Virus record (IMG/VR): IMGVR_UViG_3300030430_001289
Location: 1-37,252 of that record
DNA: 37,252 bases
From: a virus
Lineage: Duplodnaviria; Caudoviricetes
Direction: 5' to 3' (one strand)
Below, piece by piece: positions 9,867-19,284 of the stretch; within the stretch, counting starts at the first letter, position 1, and each line of letters opens with the position of its first letter. The notes below the pieces were generated by a model. The model saw nothing but the letters and a program-made list of their open reading frames with translations. It was not told the origin of the DNA and made no database searches. The translations under genes were made by a program, and so were the position numbers.

Positions 9867-10550
9867 ATGGCTTACCTTACTGCTAACATACCTTACTTTA
9901 AATGTTGGGTACGAAAAGAATTCACACATAACCACTCTAAATACGAAGGAGAATTCGTACACGCATTAGCAATCGCAGTAACTTGTATTCCTGATAGGTC
10001 TTTATCTTTTCAAGTAGTGTTTACTGGTTGCGAAGATGAAGACAACCGACTAGAGAGTCCTCATGGAGGTGCCATGTGGGCTAGGATGCCTGTTCAAGCA
10101 CTTGTAGAAGATACAATGCTTGATGACTTTCCCTCCAGAGTTCCTAATCACTTTTGTCAACCTTGGGACTGTTCTAGTCGGTACTTCAGTATTATTAAAT
10201 ATGATAGAACCAGTAGCTCTCCTTGGATAACAAAAATAGATGGTGAGTTTTACAATGCTAAATATTATTTTACAATCGACTACACAAACGGAGATGAAAT
10301 GACAAGTCTTGGAGATGATGTTGCTCAACATAAACAATCTCATATTCTTGCAATTACTAGTGGTGAGTTTAAAGGTCAAATGGTAGCACAACCTAATAAT
10401 AGAGTAAGAGTAACTAATCCTGCACTATGGGTAACTGGAGAGGGAGCCCCTGATTTTATTCCAAGCCAATATGAGTTTTCTGCTGAAGAAGATGAGAGTT
10501 ATATGAATCCAGAATATACCTTTGATAATTTGTACGCAAAAAAGAAATGA
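9867..10550 (+). CDS. Conserved-looking phage hypothetical protein (227 aa)
   Basis: Well-formed beta-rich globular protein (MAYLTANIP..., GGAMWARMP, QPWDC, HKQSH, QPNNR); converges with the SNF2 gene. Confidence 0.7.
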   Translation: MAYLTANIPYFKCWVRKEFTHNHSKYEGEFVHALAIAVTCIPDRSLSFQVVFTGCEDEDNRLESPHGGAMWARMPVQALVEDTMLDDFPSRVPNHFCQPWDCSSRYFSIIKYDRTSSSPWITKIDGEFYNAKYYFTIDYTNGDEMTSLGDDVAQHKQSHILAITSGEFKGQMVAQPNNRVRVTNPALWVTGEGAPDFIPSQYEFSAEEDESYMNPEYTFDNLYAKKK

Positions 10551-10555
10551 AGACC

Positions 10556-11965
10556 TCACTCTAAAAAAGTCAATACTTGTTCTTTAAAAGTTTTTGCAGA
10601 TATTTGTATTTTGTCTTTTAAGGCTTTCAACACAAATTCATCAATAGTTTTTATAGCTACTAAATCTATGTAAGTAACTTTATCAGCCATTTGACCACTT
10701 CTGTGATTTCTAGCTTCTGCTTGTAATCTCACCTCTAAGTTAAAAGAATTATTAAAAAAAATTTGCACATTTGCTGCATTTAAAGTTAAACCATATCCAC
10801 CTACTATAGGATTGCTAACTAAGAACCTCGCACCATGGACACTATTAAAATTATCTACTATTTTTGGTCTGTCTTTTGTTTTTGTTTCTCCGTATAAAGT
10901 TACAACACTATCTTCTCCAAAATGTTTTTTCAAAGTTTTTTCAATAACTTGTATAGAGTGTCTAAAGGTTGACCATATAATAATTTTACCTTCAACTTCA
11001 TCAATAACTTGTAACAGTTCTTTTAACTTTGCATTATCTAATTCTATTAATTTACCATCATCAGAATAAATAAAACCTGAACATACTTGTTGTAATTTTA
11101 TCAGCTCTGTAAGTTTATTATTTACAGAAGATTGTTTATCTTCTATGACTACTCTTGCTAATTTTTTTAAAGTCTCATAAGTTGCTCTTTGTTCATTAGA
11201 TAAAAAAACATTTCTTCTCTGCCAAACTTGAGGAGGCAAATCTAAACAATCTTTTTTCAAACATCTAAATATGTGAGGGTCTAAAATATCTTGAAGCTGG
11301 TCTAAGTTAACATAGTACAATGGAAACTCTATTCTACGATTGCCTGAAACTGCTCTGCTTTCCATAACACAATATCTTGCTCTAAAAGTGTAGTATGATT
11401 TAAAACCTAATAATGTTTCATCTAAAAAAGCAAACTGACTCCATAAATCTAGTGGCGATTTAGTTATTGGTGTTCCAGTAAGTAATCGTTTGTATCTAAC
11501 ACCTTTAGCTAACTTTATTAAATTTTTTGTTCTCGTAGCAGTTCTATTTTTTATCGTAGTGCTTTCATCATTTACAATCATCATATCTAAACCATATTTG
11601 TCTATGATTTGAAGAGCTTTGTTGTAACCAGATTTATGACTAAATGCTTCTACATTCATTAAATACCAATTTAATTTATCTTTTTGAAAGTAAAATTTTT
11701 TATCTATTTTATGTTTGTAAATATAGTTATCTGCTGAAGAATGAATTTTAATTTCTTTTTCCCAATTAGTGTAAACACTATTAGGAGCCACAACAAAAAC
11801 TAATTTTAATTTGTTTTCATTATATAAATATACTGAGTTGTCTATTGCTACTTTTGTTTTTCCTGTTCCTTGCTCCATGAAGTAACCATACAATCTTGAT
11901 GTAGCACCTTTACGAAGAGCTTCTCTTTGATGTTCATAAGGTTGTGTTTTATATTGATGGCTCAC
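10556..11965 (-). CDS. SNF2-family (SF2) helicase/ATPase
   Basis: Motif I FMEQGTGKT, motif II VNDEST, motif III LLTGTP, motif V GGYGLTL, motif VI QAEARNHRSGQ. Confidence 0.92.
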   Translation of the reverse strand: MSHQYKTQPYEHQREALRKGATSRLYGYFMEQGTGKTKVAIDNSVYLYNENKLKLVFVVAPNSVYTNWEKEIKIHSSADNYIYKHKIDKKFYFQKDKLNWYLMNVEAFSHKSGYNKALQIIDKYGLDMMIVNDESTTIKNRTATRTKNLIKLAKGVRYKRLLTGTPITKSPLDLWSQFAFLDETLLGFKSYYTFRARYCVMESRAVSGNRRIEFPLYYVNLDQLQDILDPHIFRCLKKDCLDLPPQVWQRRNVFLSNEQRATYETLKKLARVVIEDKQSSVNNKLTELIKLQQVCSGFIYSDDGKLIELDNAKLKELLQVIDEVEGKIIIWSTFRHSIQVIEKTLKKHFGEDSVVTLYGETKTKDRPKIVDNFNSVHGARFLVSNPIVGGYGLTLNAANVQIFFNNSFNLEVRLQAEARNHRSGQMADKVTYIDLVAIKTIDEFVLKALKDKIQISAKTFKEQVLTFLE

Positions 11966-12402
11966 TCATCACCTAAATAAATTATTTCTTCTTCTTCTCT
12001 ATCATTAAAATAAGCTATGCAATTATCTTTATAAACTTTTTTTTCAAATAATTGTCCACCCTTGTTAATAGCTTTAAATCTATTTGCAAACCATTCTGCT
12101 ATATCTTTATCTAATGTCCAACTAATTCCTCTTTTACTAACACCACCTCTGTAAATAGTAATTTTTTCTGGTAAGTTGCTAAAGTAATTTAACTCGTCAT
12201 AATCCATCAACAATTTAGTATTTCTAATAGATTTAAAAGTATCTATCCATAATTGCAAATCTTCATAAATAAATTCTGTATGTATATAATGTTGTTTCAC
12301 TAATTGAGTGTATTCTTTTTCTGTAACTGTTTTTTTCAGTAAGTCTAATTTATCAAAATCATCCATCATTAAAATTTCTTGATTAGTAGGATAGTTAGTC
12401 AT
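11962..12402 (-). CDS. Putative ADP-ribosyltransferase-fold protein (R-S-E type)
   Basis: ITIYRG ... ISWTLDKDIAEWFA ... REEEEII matches the order of the R, S-x-T/S and E-x-E motifs of RSE-clade ARTs. RBS AAAGGTG. Confidence 0.55.
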   Translation of the reverse strand: MTNYPTNQEILMMDDFDKLDLLKKTVTEKEYTQLVKQHYIHTEFIYEDLQLWIDTFKSIRNTKLLMDYDELNYFSNLPEKITIYRGGVSKRGISWTLDKDIAEWFANRFKAINKGGQLFEKKVYKDNCIAYFNDREEEEIIYLGDE

Positions 12403-12426
12403 AATATCACCTTTAAGAAAGTGGCA

Positions 12427-13329
12427 TTAAGCCACCTTCTTATTTTCCCCCTTGTTTTGTAAGTTGTCTAAAAATTCTACTGCTCTTGAAGATTTATTAA
12501 TAGCTTTAATTACTTGTTCTGGTTTATTCTGTAACTGCTCTATCCAACTATTAATATACTTTGCGTGGTCAGCTCTTACAGTTTGAGAAATACCTAATAT
12601 GGCACTCAATATTGCTGAACCAGTTTCTGCAACTAACTCTTCAATCGCATAAGCATCGGAACCAAACTGACCAGAAAAATCTCTATCTAATCTATTTTTA
12701 TTTCCAGTCCAATGAACCAGCTCGTGTAACAAAGTACCATAAAATTTTTCTGTGCTATGAAAATCTTTTTTATTTGGCATTTGTATATAGTCAGAGCTTG
12801 GTGAATAATAAGCTCTATCACCACCATATTGTATAACTGCTTCTGTGTTTGCGATGTATTTATTAGCTTCTGAATTATTTTTTGCTTTGTTAGGAGACTT
12901 AGACTTTTTTATCTCATACCCTTCAACTTGATTTGCATTAAAAACTGCGTGAGGTTTTAAATACCATATTTGTTTTTTTCTAGGGTTGCCATTCTCATCA
13001 AGTTTCTTTTCGTCTTCTACTGTAAACTTATCGTTGTAAAATATGTAAGTAGCTTTTTCTTTTGCCTTTACATTATACCCCATTGATTTCCACATATTAT
13101 ATGTCCCCCACTCATTATTGTCATACTTCTTGATGTCTCTTTCAATAAGTAAGTTGAAAACATTAAAACCAGAATAAGACTTTTTGGTTTTAGCATTTAC
13201 TGGTAATCCAAATTCACTAGAGTTCCATACTTCACTTTTTTTCCAATTAGAACCCTCAGTCTTTAGTAACTCTATTAATCTATTAGCTACCTTGTTTATT
13301 ATTTCTTTTCTATTATTTTTTTTAGTCAT
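12427..13329 (-). CDS. ardC: ArdC-family antirestriction/ssDNA-binding protein with zincin (HExxH) domain
   Basis: N-terminal ArdC-like domain (P-N-x-T-x-K-x-Y-S-G-F-N, WGTYNMWKSMG-x-x-V, VFNANQVEG). C-terminal RAYYSPSSDYIQMP...LLHELVHWTG...YAIEELVAE metallopeptidase-like domain. Confidence 0.88.
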   Translation of the reverse strand: MTKKNNRKEIINKVANRLIELLKTEGSNWKKSEVWNSSEFGLPVNAKTKKSYSGFNVFNLLIERDIKKYDNNEWGTYNMWKSMGYNVKAKEKATYIFYNDKFTVEDEKKLDENGNPRKKQIWYLKPHAVFNANQVEGYEIKKSKSPNKAKNNSEANKYIANTEAVIQYGGDRAYYSPSSDYIQMPNKKDFHSTEKFYGTLLHELVHWTGNKNRLDRDFSGQFGSDAYAIEELVAETGSAILSAILGISQTVRADHAKYINSWIEQLQNKPEQVIKAINKSSRAVEFLDNLQNKGENKKVA

Positions 13330-13335
13330 TTAATT

Positions 13336-13381
13336 TCTCCTTTGTATACTATTAATATAGTGATTAAATCTGTGATGTCAA
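13336..13381 (-). promoter_or_regulatory. Sigma70 promoter and RBS for the ardC-ART-SNF2 operon
   Basis: Minus strand TTGACA (13381-13376), 16 bp spacer, TATATT (13359-13354), then AAAGGAG RBS. Confidence 0.65.
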
Positions 13382-13433
13382 GTGCCAAGATAAGATATTT
13401 TTTATTATGCTACGACCCTATTATTTTTTTTGT

Positions 13434-13478
13434 TTGACTTAACCTGATTAATCGTTTAAAAGTATTTTAGAAAGGAGG
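13434..13478 (+). promoter_or_regulatory. Divergent promoter and RBS for the replication operon
   Basis: TTGACT (13434-13439), 17 bp spacer, weak TAAAAG (13457-13462), AT-rich upstream tract, AAAGGAGG RBS before ATG 13483. Confidence 0.45.
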
Positions 13479-13482
13479 TCTA

Positions 13483-14034
13483 ATGGACTTACGAAAAGAA
13501 GCAGATAAGCTAAAAACAGAGTTAAGCACCGATAATTTAGCTGACATCACTTCAGAATGTAATAAATTAATGACACTTCAAGATGAAATAAAAAAAACTG
13601 AAGAAAGATTAAAAGAACTACAATCAGAAGAAAGAAATATATCTCAAGAAGTGATTCCTAATTTATTGCACCAAGTTGGTGTAAGCGAAATAAAAACTAT
13701 TGATGGTGCTACTGTTCAAGTGAAACCTTTTCTTAAAGCATCCATAACTAAAGCTAATCAAGAACGAGCTTTTAACTGGTTACGAGAGAATGGGTTTGAA
13801 GATATCATTAAGAATCAATTAGCAATTAACTTTAAAAAAAGTGAAGACAATATGGCTTCGGATATTTTTGAAGATTTAAAATCCAAAGGGTTAAATGTTA
13901 ATCGAGAAGAAAAAGTAAACACAAATACTTTGACTGCAACTTTTAAAGAATTAATTTTAGAAAAAGGAGAAGCAGTTCCAAATGATGTGTTTTCAATATA
14001 TCAATTCAATAAAACAAAAATAATAAGGAGTTAA
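13483..14034 (+). CDS. Replication-module hypothetical protein (N-terminal coiled coil)
   Basis: Strong RBS; coiled coil then AFNWLRENGFEDIIK segment; first gene of the replication operon. Confidence 0.7.
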   Translation: MDLRKEADKLKTELSTDNLADITSECNKLMTLQDEIKKTEERLKELQSEERNISQEVIPNLLHQVGVSEIKTIDGATVQVKPFLKASITKANQERAFNWLRENGFEDIIKNQLAINFKKSEDNMASDIFEDLKSKGLNVNREEKVNTNTLTATFKELILEKGEAVPNDVFSIYQFNKTKIIRS

Positions 14035-14036
14035 AA

Positions 14037-14867
14037 ATGAATCAAGTTACTAAGAAAAAAGAAAATTTACCTTCAACTGAAAAAATTAGTTTAAGGGAGT
14101 ATGCAGGTCAGGGAACGGAGAACATAGAAGCAAAAGACCAAAAGTTACCAATTATGAGAATACTTCAATCTACTAATCCTCAAGTGCAACAAGGTAATTC
14201 TGCCTATGATGAAGATGCTAGGATTGGAGATATTTATGTTGCAGCCACTAGAAAAAATTATGGTAAAAAAATTACTGTTGTTCCTTGTCAATACATAAAC
14301 ACTTTTAATGAGTGGAAAGGCAGTAGAGATGGAGTATCAAGACCAACAGTTCATATGAATAAAAGTATTTTAGATAAAGCATCTAAAAGAGATGGAGATA
14401 ACAGAGATTGGTTGCCTAACGGAAACTATGTAGAAGATACTGGTAATCATTTTTGCTATATTTTAGATTCTAAAACTTATGAACCTTTAGAGTGTGTTTT
14501 GATACCTATGGCATCTTCTCAAAAAGGTAAATCAAAAAGTTGGAACTCTATTATAGCTAACAAAACTAAAACTGATAAGTTAGGAACTTTTATACCACCT
14601 ACCTTTAGTTCTGTTTACACACTATCTACTGTGCCTGAAAAGAACGATAAAGGTTCTTGGATTGGTTGGGTTATAGAGTTTGATAAATGGTTAGACGAAG
14701 GTAAAGATGACCATATCCTAACTGCTACTAAACAATATTATGATAGTTTAAAAGGAGCAGACCCATTAGGTTCAGTTCAGTATGAAGAGGATATTGATGT
14801 TCCTACAGAACAGCCTAAACAAGGTAAACAAAAAACACAGATTCAAACAGACGATACTCCATTCTAA
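14037..14867 (+). CDS. Putative single-stranded DNA-binding protein
   Basis: Beta-rich core (NDKGSWIGW) with acidic flexible tail ending DDTPF, like the SSB C-terminal DDDIPF motif; lies upstream of the primase. Confidence 0.65.
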   Translation: MNQVTKKKENLPSTEKISLREYAGQGTENIEAKDQKLPIMRILQSTNPQVQQGNSAYDEDARIGDIYVAATRKNYGKKITVVPCQYINTFNEWKGSRDGVSRPTVHMNKSILDKASKRDGDNRDWLPNGNYVEDTGNHFCYILDSKTYEPLECVLIPMASSQKGKSKSWNSIIANKTKTDKLGTFIPPTFSSVYTLSTVPEKNDKGSWIGWVIEFDKWLDEGKDDHILTATKQYYDSLKGADPLGSVQYEEDIDVPTEQPKQGKQKTQIQTDDTPF

Positions 14868-16414
14868 TGTTTGATAAACTCTCAAAGTTGTTTGAGGGTA
14901 ACTTGTCTTCTTTCATTAAGTCTTCGATATCTTCGGAGACTGATGAGAGAGGAAAACAAATAGTTAAATACCTCACAATACAAGAACCACTATCTACGAA
15001 ACATTGGAAAGAACACTTGAATGGAAAAACAAGAGTGGGTGTAAAACCTGAAAGAGAAGGTAAATGTAAGTGGGGTTGTATAGATGTAGACCCAAGTAAT
15101 TATACAAACTACAATCAAAAAAAATATGTAGATATTATTAGAGATTATAAATTACCACTAGTGCCTATCAAAAGTAAAAGTGGAGGATTACATATCTTTG
15201 TTTTTTTAACAGAATGGTATGATGTTAGTAAAATAGCAGAAAAACTTAGTAAGATTAATGAGAAATTTTTTATGGCACAAGAAATATTTCCTTGCAATAA
15301 AGCTATGAATTTACCCTATCAAAATATGAATAGAAGTATGGAGTTTGCTTATGACGATAATAACAATCCTTTACTAATAGAAGCTTTTATAGAACTTGCT
15401 AATAATAAAAAAATTTTACCAGAGGAGTTTTTAAAATTAAAACTAAAAGAGTATGAACCTGAAGAGAGCTGGAAACAATATCCTCCTTGCGTACAAAAAC
15501 TTATACAAGAACGATGGACAGGAACAAATAGAAACAATTATTTATTTAATGTTTTAGTTTTAGAGATGAAAAAAAATACAACACACTCTGTTCAAAGTAT
15601 TGAAGAAATAGCTCAAAGTAGGAACACACAAATTTTTCATAATCCACTACCAAGAGCAGAAGTAACTCAATTAGCAAAAAGTGTTCATAAAGGAACTTAT
15701 GATTTTCGGTGTCCTCCTAAGTCTCCTGAACTTATGCCATTATGCAATAAAGATTTATGTAAACAAAGAAGATTAGGTATAGGAGAAGCAACACCAGAAG
15801 TGATAGAGGACTTTACTAATATTACTTTTATTAGAGATACAAAGAATATTTGGTACGAATTTGATTATCAAGAACAAAGAGTAACAATCACACCAGAGGA
15901 TATGAAAGATGAAAAAAGTTTTAGAACTAGATTATTACGATACAGAATTTTTTGGATGACTTTACCTAAAAGTAAAAGAGGACCTTCTCCATTTGAGTTA
16001 CTGATGAAAGGTATAGTGGAGAGGTCGATAGAAGATGACCACCATAAATTTGAAGATACTTTAGAAGAAGAAAAATATAATATGTTAAAAAAGTTTTTTG
16101 AGAGTCATATAGAACAAGATAATTATGATAAATTAAAAGATGGATATGTGGTACTCGATACAAAAGACAATGTTTGTTACTTTAAAAAAATTACACTTGA
16201 TAAATTTATCAAGAAACAAGGAGCAAAAATATTTAACACCACTTCGGATGCTTTACGATTATTAGGTTGCTCTAGAAAAGATTATCATGAAGGGGAGAAA
16301 AATATCTGGTATGTAACTTTACCAGAATTTATTAGCCACGAAACAATCAAACAAAAACCAAAAGAAAAAATTACAGAATTAGATGAAGAGTACCATGACA
16401 AGTTTAAAACATAA
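14867..16414 (+). CDS. Archaeo-eukaryotic primase (AEP) superfamily primase with PriCT-like domain
   Basis: WGCIDVD (DxD), KSKSGGLHIF (SxxGxH), NLPY; YPPCVQ...GTNRNNYLF...PLPRAEV PriCT-like region. Confidence 0.8.
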   Translation: MFDKLSKLFEGNLSSFIKSSISSETDERGKQIVKYLTIQEPLSTKHWKEHLNGKTRVGVKPEREGKCKWGCIDVDPSNYTNYNQKKYVDIIRDYKLPLVPIKSKSGGLHIFVFLTEWYDVSKIAEKLSKINEKFFMAQEIFPCNKAMNLPYQNMNRSMEFAYDDNNNPLLIEAFIELANNKKILPEEFLKLKLKEYEPEESWKQYPPCVQKLIQERWTGTNRNNYLFNVLVLEMKKNTTHSVQSIEEIAQSRNTQIFHNPLPRAEVTQLAKSVHKGTYDFRCPPKSPELMPLCNKDLCKQRRLGIGEATPEVIEDFTNITFIRDTKNIWYEFDYQEQRVTITPEDMKDEKSFRTRLLRYRIFWMTLPKSKRGPSPFELLMKGIVERSIEDDHHKFEDTLEEEKYNMLKKFFESHIEQDNYDKLKDGYVVLDTKDNVCYFKKITLDKFIKKQGAKIFNTTSDALRLLGCSRKDYHEGEKNIWYVTLPEFISHETIKQKPKEKITELDEEYHDKFKT

Positions 16415-16985
16415 AAATTTAAGACATTTACAAAAAATTAATTCTAATAGTCATCACCATCCTTTAGAAAAAGTAAATCAACTTAAAGAATTTAAAAATT
16501 TTATCTATGGAGATATATTGGAGGTTTTTGCTGGTCAAGGTAATTTAACTAATTTTTATAAAAAGTTAGGTAATGTTACTCCTTTAACAAAAGAGATAAC
16601 TGGAGACAGTTTTGAATACATTTATAAATTAAGAAGTCAGAAAAAAGTATATGATGTAATTGACATAGATGGTTATGGTTATCCTTCTAAATTTTTTCCA
16701 ATGATAATTGAAATGATAAAAGATGACGGATTGTTAATTTTTACATTTCCTATTTTAGGAGTACAAAATATTAATGGAATAACTGAGCAACATTTTATAA
16801 ATTTTTGGGGTAGTTATAGACCTACAGTAGGAGATGTAACTGGTAGAGTTACAGATTATGCACTAAGAGATTGGAAATTAGCAAGTTTATTATCTTGTAG
16901 AAAAATTAAACCTATATGGAGATTTATTTTTAAAATTAAACAAGAAAAAGCTACTCTATTTTGTAATGTGAGAAATAGAAAATGA
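16383..16985 (+). CDS. Putative class I SAM-dependent methyltransferase
   Basis: ILEVFAGQGNL (motif I) and YDVIDIDGYGYP, resembling the D-x-D-P-Y-G-S-P motif of Trm1-like enzymes. Overlaps both the primase and helicase genes. Confidence 0.6.
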   Translation: MKSTMTSLKHKNLRHLQKINSNSHHHPLEKVNQLKEFKNFIYGDILEVFAGQGNLTNFYKKLGNVTPLTKEITGDSFEYIYKLRSQKKVYDVIDIDGYGYPSKFFPMIIEMIKDDGLLIFTFPILGVQNINGITEQHFINFWGSYRPTVGDVTGRVTDYALRDWKLASLLSCRKIKPIWRFIFKIKQEKATLFCNVRNRK

Positions 16986-18586
16986 GTTCAGGACTACAGA
17001 AACAAAAAGAGATACATAAAAAAACTATAAAGATTTTTGGACCCCCTGGTACTGGAAAAACTTATACTTTAATTGAACGCATTTTAAAAAAACATTTAGC
17101 AAGAGGTGTGCATCCGAATGATATTGCTTACATAAGTTTTACTAACAAAGCAGTCAACGAAGCTATCAACAGAGCTATGGAAACTTTTACTAATTTTACA
17201 ATAAAAGATTTTAATAGATTTGCTACTCTTCACAAATATTGCAGAAGATATTATGAAGAGGAAGTTTTTGACCCAAAGAATTGTATGATAGATTTTGCAT
17301 TGCAAAGTAAAATTATTAAATCGTCTGATAATCGTTTAGCAGAAGATGGCTTCATTTACAAAGACTGGTCATTAGGTATTTATGATAAAGCAAGAAACAC
17401 GATGCAAGACCCAATATTAACTTACAAAAAAGAGATTTATAAAAAAGATTCTTTAGATGTGTATTGTAGAAAAATATCTACTTATGAACATTACAAAAAA
17501 GATAGTTTCATAGACTTTACTGATATGATATCAAGAGCAATAGATGAAGTAGATTTTCCTAAATTAAAACTACTAATATTAGATGAAGCTCAAGACTTTA
17601 CTCCGTTGCAATGGTCTTTGATTTACAAAATGGTAGAAAATGTAGACAGAGTAGTTTGTGCAGGAGATGACGACCAACAAATATACGGATGGTCTGGAGC
17701 AGACTCAAAATATTTTACTCATTACTTTCCAGGCAGAAAAGTAATTCTACGGAGAACTCAAAGGTTTGGAAAAGCTATTTATGATTTCTCACAAGTTATT
17801 AGAAAAGGTATTATGAATAGTTTAGAAAAAGAATATTATCCTTCTGCTAAAGATAGTTATGTAAAACGATACTTACACTTTCGTGAGGTGCCATTACATT
17901 TAGATGGAACTTGGTACATTTTAGGTAGAGTAAATTCTGTTGTCAACGAGCTGCGGATGATGGCAAAAGATATGGGCTTATATTTTTCAGACAATAGAGG
18001 CAATAAATCTTTTGATAATAAACAATGGGAAGCTATTAAGAGCTGGACTAAAATTAGCAATGGAAAAAAAATCACGAAACATGAAGCAGAAAACATGATG
18101 AAATATATTCGTGAATTAAAAGATAATTCTTTTCGTTCTATAAAATTTTGGGTAAGTCTATCCGATACACAAGAGTATGATTTTGATGGTTTAAGAGATT
18201 GGTGTGGTTTAGATTTAAGTGATGATGCTTACAATAAACCTTGGTATGAAATATTAAAAAGAAATTTTCATACACCACAAGTTACATATTTTGTTAGGTT
18301 GTTAAAACGATATGGACAAAAGACATTGAACAACGAACCAAAAATAGTTGTTGATACTATTCACAGTTGCAAAGGTGGTCAAGCTGTAAATGTTTTATTA
18401 TTTTCAAAATGTAATTGGGTGGCATCTTATCAGAAAAAAAATCCTTTCGAACAATCTGAAGAAAGAAAAGTATATTATGTTGGAGTAACAAGAGCCCAAA
18501 AAAGATTACATCTATTGTCCACCGACCATAAGTATAATTATCCTATAGGAGAAGATTATTTAAATTTTCTTAGAGGAGTGAAATAA
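16982..18586 (+). CDS. UvrD/Rep-like superfamily 1 DNA helicase
   Basis: GPPGTGKT, SFTNKA, ILDEAQD, GDDDQQIY, TIHSCKG, YVGVTRA. Confidence 0.93.
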   Translation: MSSGLQKQKEIHKKTIKIFGPPGTGKTYTLIERILKKHLARGVHPNDIAYISFTNKAVNEAINRAMETFTNFTIKDFNRFATLHKYCRRYYEEEVFDPKNCMIDFALQSKIIKSSDNRLAEDGFIYKDWSLGIYDKARNTMQDPILTYKKEIYKKDSLDVYCRKISTYEHYKKDSFIDFTDMISRAIDEVDFPKLKLLILDEAQDFTPLQWSLIYKMVENVDRVVCAGDDDQQIYGWSGADSKYFTHYFPGRKVILRRTQRFGKAIYDFSQVIRKGIMNSLEKEYYPSAKDSYVKRYLHFREVPLHLDGTWYILGRVNSVVNELRMMAKDMGLYFSDNRGNKSFDNKQWEAIKSWTKISNGKKITKHEAENMMKYIRELKDNSFRSIKFWVSLSDTQEYDFDGLRDWCGLDLSDDAYNKPWYEILKRNFHTPQVTYFVRLLKRYGQKTLNNEPKIVVDTIHSCKGGQAVNVLLFSKCNWVASYQKKNPFEQSEERKVYYVGVTRAQKRLHLLSTDHKYNYPIGEDYLNFLRGVK

Positions 18587-18619
18587 AATTATGTTAAACT
18601 ATATTTGAGGAAGAATGAA

Positions 18620-18691
18620 ATGGAATATGTAATATTATATACAATAATTCGTACCATCATTGCGATACATAATTCAGGAGTAATACAATGA
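18620..18691 (+). CDS. Possible 23-aa hydrophobic peptide (MEYVILYTIIRTIIAIHNSGVIQ)
   Basis: GAGGA upstream; stop overlaps next start as ATGA; fills the intergenic gap. Not in the ORF track. Confidence 0.35.
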   Translation: MEYVILYTIIRTIIAIHNSGVIQ

Positions 18692-18873
18692 GCAAGTATC
18701 AAATCAACTATAAGATGGAGTTTAAAACTAGACCAAGTAAATTTGATGTAGAGTGTAAATTATTTGATTTGCTTAAAAATGGTTTCACTTTAAAATCAGT
18801 AGAAGAAAGTAGCACAGTAGTTAGACTTAAAAATATACAGGAGAAAAAAAATGAGTGTTTGGGAAAAGGGTAG
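18688..18873 (+). CDS. Hypothetical protein (61 aa)
   Basis: AGGAG RBS; operon context. Confidence 0.6.
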   Translation: MSKYQINYKMEFKTRPSKFDVECKLFDLLKNGFTLKSVEESSTVVRLKNIQEKKNECLGKG

Positions 18874-19051
18874 CGAACACTACAAAGAATTTAAAATACA
18901 GCCTTCTCAGTTTATCAATAAAAACGAACTAGGTTTTGCAGAGGGCAATGTGATTAAATACATTTGTAGACACAAAAGCAAAGGCAAAAAATCTGACATA
19001 TTAAAAGCAATACACTATTGTGAAATGATAATAGAAAGGGATTATGAATAA
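18851..19051 (+). CDS. DUF3310-family protein (T7 gp1.7-like nucleotide kinase fold)
   Basis: GSEHY...IQP...GFAEGNVIKYICR...KG...DILKAIHY signature. Confidence 0.8.
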   Translation: MSVWEKGSEHYKEFKIQPSQFINKNELGFAEGNVIKYICRHKSKGKKSDILKAIHYCEMIIERDYE

Positions 19052-19284
19052 TGTTTGTAAATAACAAAAAAACTGGTTCTAGGGGTGTAGAATATAGGGA
19101 TGGCAGCACTAGGACTGTGATAAAAGCTATCATGCCTTTTATTCCAAGAACTGATGAGTATTACGATAAGTATGCTGTTTTTGATAAAAATTGGAAAATA
19201 GTTGAGATAAGAACAAAGGCACAAGATGTGATGGAAGAGCATATGAAATGGCACAACGAATTATTTAAAGATGAAAAACAATGA
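19051..19284 (+). CDS. Hypothetical protein (77 aa)
   Basis: TAATG coupling upstream and ATGA overlap downstream. Confidence 0.6.
   Translation: MFVNNKKTGSRGVEYRDGSTRTVIKAIMPFIPRTDEYYDKYAVFDKNWKIVEIRTKAQDVMEEHMKWHNELFKDEKQ

Noticed and set aside
10812-12836. Plus-strand ORFs 10812-11069 and 12561-12836
   Set aside because: Antisense to the well-supported SNF2 and ardC genes.
13439-13459. TTAA repeats as a CtrA box in the replication promoter
   Set aside because: Spacings are 5 and 4 bp, not the TTAA-N7-TTAA consensus.
18572-18599. TTATGTTAAAC (18589-18599), a 10/11 match to the XerD arm, as a second dif site
   Set aside because: No XerC-like arm at the 6-bp spacing, and the upstream bases are the helicase 3' end. 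An AT-rich 10-mer can occur by chance.
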